Shown here piece after piece: positions 28,129 to 34,682 of a stretch of DNA of 41,333 nt. The notes below the pieces were generated by a model. It had not been told where the DNA came from, made no database searches, and was given only the letters and a program-made list of their open reading frames with translations. Origin of the DNA: Opitutales bacterium. Its GTDB lineage: Bacteria > Verrucomicrobiota > Verrucomicrobiia > Opitutales > UBA953. Position 1 is the first letter of the stretch; the number at the start of each line of letters is the position of its first letter. Position numbers and translations under genes: made by a program. The stretch covers positions 1-41,333 of the forward strand of contig JBILLR010000001.1 of NCBI GenBank assembly GCA_044375965.1, read 5' to 3'.

Positions 28129-28737
28129 ATGCGTAACGACGACGAAGACGAGGACGAGAAGACCCCGGCCGCCCCCAAGGACGGCGGACCGAGCGCCATG
28201 CTCATCCAGAAGAAGTTCCTCGAACAGCGGAAGATCTTCCTCTGGGGCGCCGTCGAGGACGCCTCCGCGCGCGACATCGTCGAAAAGCTCCTTTACCTGG
28301 ACGGCATCGACCCGGGCAAGGAGATCACCTTCTACATCAACACCCCCGGCGGCTCCATCACCTCCGGCATGGCCGTCTATGACACCATCCGCATGATCTC
28401 CTCCCCCGTGAAGGTCGTCGTGACCGGCATGGCCGCCTCGATGGGCTCGATCCTCCTCCAAGCCCCCAAGGAGAAAGGCAATCGCCTGCTCTTCCCCCAC
28501 TCGCGCGTGATGATCCACCAGCCGCTCATCATGGGCCGCATCCAGGCCACGGCCGTGGACATCCACATCCAGGCCCAGGAGATGGAACGACTGCGCACCG
28601 AGCTCAACGAGATCCTCGCCAAAGCCTCGAAGCAGAAGATCGAGAAAGTCACCAAGGACACCGACCGCGACTTCTACATGACCGCCAAGGAGGCCATCGA
28701 GTACGGCCTCGCCGACGCGATCGTGAAGAAGCTCTGA
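28129..28737 (+). CDS. clpP: ClpP-family serine protease subunit with atypical acidic N-terminus
   Basis: ATG at 28129. Catalytic contexts 'GMAASMGS' (Ser), 'RVMIHQP' (His) and 'DTDRDFYM' (Asp), plus 'YINTPGGSITSGMAVYDT'. The N-terminus 'MRNDDEDEDEKTPAAPKDGG' replaces the canonical axial-loop sequence. Confidence 0.85.
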   Translation: MRNDDEDEDEKTPAAPKDGGPSAMLIQKKFLEQRKIFLWGAVEDASARDIVEKLLYLDGIDPGKEITFYINTPGGSITSGMAVYDTIRMISSPVKVVVTGMAASMGSILLQAPKEKGNRLLFPHSRVMIHQPLIMGRIQATAVDIHIQAQEMERLRTELNEILAKASKQKIEKVTKDTDRDFYMTAKEAIEYGLADAIVKKL

Positions 28738-28753
28738 ACCCGACCGCACGCGC

Positions 28754-29647
28754 ATGGGCATCGGCGACCGGGCCTACATGCGGAACCAGCGCCTCGCGCG
28801 GGAACCGATCTCGGTCACCGCGTGGGTAGTCGGCGCGCTGGTGGCGTTCTTCATCCTCGGACTGATCCAGGAATCCGCCGGCGCGGACTTCCTCGGCTGG
28901 GCGATGCTCCGCGAGAGCGCCCCGCAGGCTTGGCAGTGGCTGACCCACGGCCTGCTGCATGACGGCTTCTGGCACCTGCTCGGCAATTGCCTGATCCTTT
29001 GGTGGACGGGCGCCATCGTCGAACGCGAGCAAGGTCCGCGCGCGCTCCTCGCCGTGCTCGCGGCGGGCACCCTGTTCGGCGCGTTCGCCTGGGTCCTCAC
29101 CGGCCTCGGCGGCGACCGCAGCGGCCTGCTCGTCGGCGTGTCCGCCGGCGTCTACGCGCTCATGCTCGTGGCGCTCCTCGACAAGCTCGACCACCAGATC
29201 ACGCTGCTGCTGTTCTTCTTCCTGCCGGTGACGCTCAAGGTCCGCTGGCTGCTCATCGTCATTTCACTGTTCACGTTCCTCGGCTGGGCTTTCGCCGAAC
29301 TCCCCGGACGCCACACGTGGCCGCAGTGGCACGCCGCGTGGAATGACTCGATCGCCCACTCGGCCCACCTCGGCGGCCTGCTCCTGGGCTGGCTCGCCTG
29401 GCGGCACTTCCAACGGACAAATGCGGGGCCCAGCTACGCTCAGATACAGGAACCGATGGAAACCGAAGCCCCGAGCCCTGCTTTCGAGACACCCCCCGAG
29501 GAAAACACCCCAGGACGTCCCCTCACTTCCGCCCAAGCCCGCGCGGAAATGGACAAGCTTCTCGACAAGATTTCCGCCGGGGGATTCGGCTCGCTCACTG
29601 CTGGCGAGAAACGTAGGCTTGAAGAACTCAGCGCCCGCCTACGCTGA
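28754..29647 (+). CDS. rhomboid-family intramembrane serine protease with C-terminal cytoplasmic tail
   Basis: 'WHLLGNCLILW' (HxxxN), 'GVSAGVYALM' (GxSxG catalytic Ser) and 'HSAHLGGLLLG' (catalytic His). Multi-TM. It starts 16 nt after clpP. Confidence 0.85.
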   Translation: MGIGDRAYMRNQRLAREPISVTAWVVGALVAFFILGLIQESAGADFLGWAMLRESAPQAWQWLTHGLLHDGFWHLLGNCLILWWTGAIVEREQGPRALLAVLAAGTLFGAFAWVLTGLGGDRSGLLVGVSAGVYALMLVALLDKLDHQITLLLFFFLPVTLKVRWLLIVISLFTFLGWAFAELPGRHTWPQWHAAWNDSIAHSAHLGGLLLGWLAWRHFQRTNAGPSYAQIQEPMETEAPSPAFETPPEENTPGRPLTSAQARAEMDKLLDKISAGGFGSLTAGEKRRLEELSARLR

Positions 29648-29664
29648 GACCCCACCCCACTTTT

Positions 29665-31857
29665 ATGCGACTCCGCTTTTCCCTCCTGCCGGTTCTCCTG
29701 GCAGCGCTGGTCTCGGCCCAGACCGGCGGCTTCACCACCACGCAAGCGATGCAGAACGAGACGCGCGCCACGGCCGCGCTCCTCGAGAAGCTCCACATCA
29801 GCAAGAAGGACATGGGATCCATCGACATGAACGCGGTGGTGCGCGCCTACTGCGAGAACCTCGACGGCGCGAAGATGTACTTCACGGCCGAAGAGGTCGA
29901 CGAGTTCGTCACCCGCTACGGCAAGACCCTCGACCTCTATCTCCAGCGCGGCAACCTGACCCCGGCCTTCGAGATCTTCGCTTTGTTCAAGAAGCGCGTC
30001 GCCGAACGCACGGCGGCGAACCTCGCGGCGCTCGACCAGCCCATCGACCTGACCCAGACGGGCACTTTCCCGCTCGATCGCAAGAAGGCCGAATGGCCCG
30101 CGACCCCGGCCGACGCCGACGAGCTCTGGGCCCGCCGCCTGCGACTCGACATGCTCTCGGAACTGCTCGGCGAGGACCGCCCGGGCAAGACGACGAAGGA
30201 GGCCGCCCTCCCTGAGATCACCCCGGCCAAGACGCAGGAAGCCGTCGCCCGGCTCAAGAAGCGCTACGAGAAAGGCCGCACCTACCTGGACTTCGACCAG
30301 CACGAAGTCGAAGAGATCTTCCTCAACTCCTACTCCGGGCAGTATGACCCGCACTCGACCTTCTTCTCCCAGCAGTCGCTGGAGGAGTTCGAGATCGCGA
30401 TGCGCAACTCGCTCGTGGGCATCGGCGCCACGCTTTCCGACGAAGACGGCACCTGCGTCGTCAAGGACCTGCTGCCGGGCGGACCGCTCGACCTCTCAGG
30501 CCAGGTGAAGCCCGGCGACAAGATCATCGCGGTCGGCCAGGGCGAAGACGGCGAGATGGAAGACATCGTCGGCATGCGCCTCTCCAAGGCCATCAGCCGC
30601 ATCCGTGGCAAACAAGGCACGACCGTCCGCCTGCTCGTCGACATGGCCGGCGGCGGACGCAAGACCGTCACGCTCAAGCGCGACCAGATCAAGCTCGTCG
30701 GCCAGATGGCTTCGGCCAAGGCGATCGAAGTCCCCAGCGCGGGCGGCACCGCCCTCCTCGGGGTGATCGAACTGCCCTCGTTCTACGGCAAGAACCAGGA
30801 TGGCTCCGGCTCGAGCCCCTCCGCCGACATCGAGCAGCTGATCATCAAGTTGAAGAAGATGGGCATGAAGGCCCTCATCATGGACCTCCGCAAGAACGGC
30901 GGCGGCCTGCTCAACGAAGCCGTCGACATCTCGGGCCTCTTCATCCCGAAGGGCTCCGTCCTCCAGGTACGAGACAGCCAGGGACGCTCCGAAGATTACC
31001 GCGACGAAGACGAGAAGGTCGCCTGGAACGGTCCGCTGGTCGTGCTCACCTCCAAGCTCTCCGCCTCGGCCTCCGAGATCTTCGCCGGCGCCATGCGCGA
31101 CCACCGCCGCGGCATCGTGGTCGGCGACATGACCACCCACGGAAAAGGCTCGGTCCAGAACATCATCGAGCTGAGCCGCTTCGACCGGAACCTGAAGTCG
31201 GCCGTGAAGGTGACCATCCAGAAATGGTATGCGCCCAGCGGTTCCTCCATCCAGCTCAAGGGCGTGCCGGCCGACATCGTCGTCCCCTCGGTCTACTCCG
31301 TGCTGCCCGTCGGCGAGGGCGACCTCGAGCGAGCGCTGCCCTGGGATTCCGTCACCCCCACGCTGACCAAGCCCGACGAGGGCGACTGGCTGAAGGCGAA
31401 GCTCTCCGAGGGGCTCATCGCCCAGCTCGCCGCGAACTCGGCCCGCCGCCAGTCGGAGCTCCCGGAATTCCTCACGCTCTCCCGCACGATCGACTGGACC
31501 AAGAGCCGCCAGGTCCGCAAGGAGGTCTCGCTCTCGCTCGACCAGCGTCGCACCGAGCGCAAAGACGACCTGGATTTCCGCGAGCAGGTGCGCCGCGAGC
31601 TGACCGACTACGCCAAGACCTCCTTCAAGGCCAGCGAGGTGAAACTCGACGCCGCCATCGAACAGGAGAAGAAGGAAGGGCCCGGCGCCGCCGCCAAGCT
31701 GAAGCGCAGCGCCCGCATGCGCGACCCGCTCGAAGACGAAGACTGGCCGGAATACGATATCCAGCTCCAGGAAGCCCTCCGCATAGCCGCCGACTGGACC
31801 GCGCTCACGACCGGCTCCGTCGCCGTCGCCGCGCCGAAGGAAGAGAAGAAGAAGTAA
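29665..31857 (+). CDS. prc: tail-specific (C-terminal processing) protease, S41 family, Prc-like
   Basis: Signal peptide. PDZ region 'GIGATLSDEDGTCVVKDLLPGGPLDLSGQVKPGDKIIAV'. S41 catalytic region 'LVVLTSKLSASASEIFAGAMRD...THGKGSVQ'. At 730 aa it is the long Prc type. It starts 17 nt after the rhomboid gene. Confidence 0.85.
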   Translation: MRLRFSLLPVLLAALVSAQTGGFTTTQAMQNETRATAALLEKLHISKKDMGSIDMNAVVRAYCENLDGAKMYFTAEEVDEFVTRYGKTLDLYLQRGNLTPAFEIFALFKKRVAERTAANLAALDQPIDLTQTGTFPLDRKKAEWPATPADADELWARRLRLDMLSELLGEDRPGKTTKEAALPEITPAKTQEAVARLKKRYEKGRTYLDFDQHEVEEIFLNSYSGQYDPHSTFFSQQSLEEFEIAMRNSLVGIGATLSDEDGTCVVKDLLPGGPLDLSGQVKPGDKIIAVGQGEDGEMEDIVGMRLSKAISRIRGKQGTTVRLLVDMAGGGRKTVTLKRDQIKLVGQMASAKAIEVPSAGGTALLGVIELPSFYGKNQDGSGSSPSADIEQLIIKLKKMGMKALIMDLRKNGGGLLNEAVDISGLFIPKGSVLQVRDSQGRSEDYRDEDEKVAWNGPLVVLTSKLSASASEIFAGAMRDHRRGIVVGDMTTHGKGSVQNIIELSRFDRNLKSAVKVTIQKWYAPSGSSIQLKGVPADIVVPSVYSVLPVGEGDLERALPWDSVTPTLTKPDEGDWLKAKLSEGLIAQLAANSARRQSELPEFLTLSRTIDWTKSRQVRKEVSLSLDQRRTERKDDLDFREQVRRELTDYAKTSFKASEVKLDAAIEQEKKEGPGAAAKLKRSARMRDPLEDEDWPEYDIQLQEALRIAADWTALTTGSVAVAAPKEEKKK

Positions 31858-31882
31858 GCCCCGCTCTTCCCCCGGCCCGATC

Positions 31883-31913
31883 AGACCGCCCACCCAGGCG
31901 GTCTTTTTGTTTT
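31883..31913 (+). terminator. intrinsic terminator after prc
   Basis: Stem AGACCGCC/GGCGGTCT with loop CACCCA, followed by TTTTGTTTT. Confidence 0.8.
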
Positions 31914-31939
31914 AGTTACGTTCGCCGCAGCGCGGCCTG

Positions 31940-32003
31940 GTAGGGCTGACCACCCTTGGTCAGCCGTTCGCCGCGGTTGAGCGAGGGCGCTCAACCCTAC
32001 CCA
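31940..32003 (+). repeat. REP-like structured repeat, copy A (two GTAGGG-headed hairpins in convergent orientation)
   Basis: The element reads GTAGGGCTGACCACCCTTGGTCAGCC ... GGTTGAGCGAGGGCGCTCAACCCTACCCA. The left arm matches 33471-33496 with 1 mismatch, and the 29-nt right arm is identical to 33499-33527. Copy A carries a 9-nt insert, GTTCGCCGC, between the arms. Confidence 0.8.
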
Positions 32004-32244
32004 ATGCCTGACGCAAAGGCCGCCCGGAAACCGGATGATTGGCTGCAAAACCATTCCACCATCGATGCAGCCGTGTGTCACCGATGCAGCCATCTCCCAT
32101 CCAATTCAGCCCCTGTCCCGCGCCTCCCTTGCCAACGTGTCAACAGGCCAACTCGTCAACTAACGGTCATTTCCATTCAGCCCTCCATGCTCCCCCTCCC
32201 TTCTTTGATTTGCCGACCTGCTTCCTGCCCGACAACTTTACCCC

Positions 32245-33390
32245 ATGCTTTCCCCTGAAGCGCTGACCTACGGCACTCTGCTGATCGCCGGCTTCCTGGC
32301 CCTTCGCCGCAATCGTCGCACGGGTCTCGCCCTTCGTCGCCAATACGGCGTCGTCGAAGGCCGGCCGGTGCAGCTCCACACCCTCACCAACGCCCGTGGC
32401 ATGGAAGTCTCGGTCTGCGATTATGGCGCTACCCTGACCTCGATCCGTGTCCCCGACGTCCACGGCCGCCTCGGCGAAGTGACCCTGGGCCTGCGCTCGC
32501 TCGAAGACTACGTCGCCGGCAACCCGTTCCTCGGCAGCACCGTCGGCCGCTACGCCAACCGCCTCGCCGATGGCAAGCTGACCCTCGACGGACAGACCAT
32601 CGCGCTCGCCCAGAACAACAACGGCAACCACCTCCACGGCGGCGTGCGCGGACTCGACAAGCGCGTCTGGTCTTCCGAAGCCGTGCGCACGGAGTCTGCT
32701 TCGGCTGTCCGCTTCACCTACGTGAGTCCCGCCGGCGAAGAAGGCTACCCCGGCACGCTCAGCGTCACGGTCACCTACGCCTTGGCCGACGAATCCGACG
32801 AGCTCACGATCGATTTCACGGCGACCACCGACGCCCCGACGGCGTGCAACCTGACGAACCACGTGTTCTTCAACCTGGCCGGCCAAGGCAGCGTCCTCGA
32901 TCATCAGGTCACGCTGCGCGCCGACCAGCTCGTGCCGGTCAGCCCCGCGCTCATCCCGACGGGCGAACTCATGGACGTGAGCGGTACGCCGTTCGACTTC
33001 CGCAGCCCGCACGCCATCGGCGAGCGCATCGGTGCCCCGCATGATCAGCTCCGCCGCGCCCGCGGTTACGATCACTGCTACGTGCTCGGTCCGGACAAGA
33101 TGCTCAAGCCCGCCGCATTCGTGAGCGAGCCCACCAGCGGTCGTACGCTCGAAGTCCTCACCGACGCCCCGGGCCTGCAGTTCTATACCGGCAACTTCCT
33201 CGCCGGCACCGTCCAGGGCCGCTGGGCCAAGCCCTTCGCCTTCCGCCAAGGCTTCTGCCTCGAGCCCGGGCTCTTCCCCGATTCGCCGAACCAGCCGGAG
33301 TTCCCTCGCCTCGGCTACCCGAGCGGCATCCTGCGCCCAGGCGAACGGTACTCTCAGAAGCTTGTCTTCCGCTTCGGTGTCTGCCGGTAA
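32245..33390 (+). CDS. galM: aldose 1-epimerase (mutarotase)
   Basis: Classic GalM motifs: 'GSTVGRYANRLADGKLTLDG', 'NNNGNHLHGG', 'SPAGEEGYPGTLSVTVTY', 'TNHVFFNLAG', 'GYDHCYVL' and 'GFCLEPGLFPDSPNQPEFP'. The conserved core begins near aa 40, so the alternative start GTG 32368 ('MQLHTLTN...') is possible. Confidence 0.9.
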   Translation: MLSPEALTYGTLLIAGFLALRRNRRTGLALRRQYGVVEGRPVQLHTLTNARGMEVSVCDYGATLTSIRVPDVHGRLGEVTLGLRSLEDYVAGNPFLGSTVGRYANRLADGKLTLDGQTIALAQNNNGNHLHGGVRGLDKRVWSSEAVRTESASAVRFTYVSPAGEEGYPGTLSVTVTYALADESDELTIDFTATTDAPTACNLTNHVFFNLAGQGSVLDHQVTLRADQLVPVSPALIPTGELMDVSGTPFDFRSPHAIGERIGAPHDQLRRARGYDHCYVLGPDKMLKPAAFVSEPTSGRTLEVLTDAPGLQFYTGNFLAGTVQGRWAKPFAFRQGFCLEPGLFPDSPNQPEFPRLGYPSGILRPGERYSQKLVFRFGVCR

Positions 33391-33397
33391 TCAAAAG

Positions 33398-33425
33398 GTA
33401 GGGTCGGCACTGCGTGCCGACCTAG
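33398..33425 (+). repeat. GTAG-headed 9-bp-stem hairpin (REP-like unit)
   Basis: GTAG-GGTCGGCAC-TGC-GTGCCGACC-TAG, starting 8 nt after the galM stop. Confidence 0.6.
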
Positions 33426-33426
33426 C

Positions 33427-33452
33427 AAGCCGCCAGCCCGGGCGGCTTTTTT
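33427..33452 (+). terminator. intrinsic terminator after galM
   Basis: Stem AAGCCGCC/GGCGGCTT with loop AGCCCG, running into TTTTTT. Confidence 0.75.
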
Positions 33453-33470
33453 GTTGGGCGCGTTCGCGAG

Positions 33471-33527
33471 GTAGGGCTGACCAACCTTGGTCAGCCGGGG
33501 TTGAGCGAGGGCGCTCAACCCTACCCA
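33471..33527 (+). repeat. REP-like structured repeat, copy B
   Basis: GTAGGGCTGACCAACCTTGGTCAGCC-GG-GGTTGAGCGAGGGCGCTCAACCCTACCCA, near-identical to 31940-32003 and in the same orientation. Confidence 0.8.
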
Positions 33528-33553
33528 AAGCCCAGCTCAAAAGGCGACCTTAG

Positions 33554-33577
33554 CTAGGGCAGCACGCGGTGCTGCCC
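33554..33577 (+). repeat. TAGGG-headed 9-bp-stem hairpin (REP-like unit)
   Basis: CTA-GGGCAGCAC-GCG-GTGCTGCCC. It lies in the convergent intergenic region between galM and the Gfo/Idh/MocA gene. Confidence 0.55.
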
Positions 33578-33624
33578 CTGCCTCGAGACAAACGGCGGCG
33601 ATGGCGTCGCATCCCTGCCTTTAG

Positions 33625-34632
33625 TTACCTCGCGACTTCCGCGCGGGCCTGGGCGAGGACGGCGGCGAGCTTCACTTCGACGCCGCCCCGGCGCTTGCTC
33701 TCGTCGGCGGCTTCCATGAACGCATAAAGCTCGAGGGTTTCTTCGGGAGAGACCGGTGCCTTGCCGGTGCGGAACATCTTCACGATCGCTTCGAGCAAGA
33801 CCTCATAACCGTCGAACTTGCCGATGGCGGCTTCGCCCTTCTCACCGACGGCTTTGCCGCCATAAGGTCCGCCCTTCGCCTTACGGTCTGCTTCGCGGAA
33901 GATGCCCACGCGTCCGTCGCCCCAGCTGCCGGTGACCTGGATGAATCCTTCCGGAGTCTTGTCGCGCCTTACCGAGACGCAACCCGTGCCCATGACGGCG
34001 AAGAGGCTTTCGCAGCCATGGACGCCATACCAGTAGAGATCGGGGTGGTGCGACTCAAGGCTCGCGGGACTGGTCGCATAGGCTGACCTCACCTTGCCAA
34101 TCGAGCCTTGGGCGACGGCCTGCGTGCCGGCGGCGAAGCGGAGCGACGACGAACAGAAATAGGTCACGCCGGCCTTGCGCGCGGCCTCCTGGATGCGGAG
34201 GACGTCGGCGAGCGAGCCCGCGATGGGCTTGTCGATGAAGACGGGCTTACCGGCCTTCAGCACCGGCAGAAGCTGCTCGAAATGCACGCGGCCGTCGTTG
34301 GACTCCAGGAGCACGAAATCCACCTGCGCGCAGAGCTGTTCGATGGAACCCACGATCTCGACGCCCATGGCCTTGAGTTTCATCGTGTATTCCGGGACGC
34401 GCGAGGTGCTCTCCGGGATGTCCTTGCTGCCCTGCGCGAAAGCGTGCGTCACGCGGAAGCCCGCGAACTTGGCGGCGTCGGCCGGATTCTTCGGGCCTTG
34501 GTTGAGCACTGTCGTGAAAGCCACGACGTGCGAGGTGTCCAAGCCGATGATACCGACCCTCTTCGGCGCTTCTTTGGCGTACAGGGACGTGATCAAGACG
34601 AGCGCGCAGGCGAAGAGACGGGGTAAGCTCAT
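33625..34632 (-). CDS. secreted Gfo/Idh/MocA-family oxidoreductase
   Basis: ATG at 34632. Signal peptide 'MSLPRLFACALVLITSLYA'. The Rossmann start is 'RVGIIGLDTSHVVAF', with 'DFVLLESNDGRVHFEQLLPVLKAGKPVFIDKPIA' typical of the family. The ORF extension to 35139 overlaps the LysE gene. Confidence 0.85.
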   Translation of the reverse strand: MSLPRLFACALVLITSLYAKEAPKRVGIIGLDTSHVVAFTTVLNQGPKNPADAAKFAGFRVTHAFAQGSKDIPESTSRVPEYTMKLKAMGVEIVGSIEQLCAQVDFVLLESNDGRVHFEQLLPVLKAGKPVFIDKPIAGSLADVLRIQEAARKAGVTYFCSSSLRFAAGTQAVAQGSIGKVRSAYATSPASLESHHPDLYWYGVHGCESLFAVMGTGCVSVRRDKTPEGFIQVTGSWGDGRVGIFREADRKAKGGPYGGKAVGEKGEAAIGKFDGYEVLLEAIVKMFRTGKAPVSPEETLELYAFMEAADESKRRGGVEVKLAAVLAQARAEVAR

Positions 34633-34682
34633 GCCTATGGTTAACTTCGCGCGGTCCGGCTGACAAGCCCGCGGGTCGACGG

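Noticed and set aside
26898-28277. 459-aa minus-strand ORF overlapping the ABC ATPase in another frame
   Set aside because: It is Arg/Pro/Gly-rich filler, while the 26933..28003 frame carries Walker A, Q-loop, signature and Walker B motifs.
31911-31919. 9-mer TTTAGTTAC shared between 31911-31919 and 33620-33628
   Set aside because: The match is short. The second copy includes the stop codon of the Gfo/Idh/MocA gene, and no extended similarity surrounds it.
31956-32266. Two small plus-strand ORFs (100 aa and 75 aa) in the galM leader
   Set aside because: They are Pro/Ser/Cys-rich with atypical codon bias, have no start context and mutually overlap. I treated the region as non-coding leader.
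31940-33527. galM flanked by direct repeats as a composite transposon or mobile cassette
   Set aside because: There is no transposase, integrase or terminal inverted repeats. The repeats are short REP-like elements sitting just after terminators. I report them as repeats, not as a mobile element.
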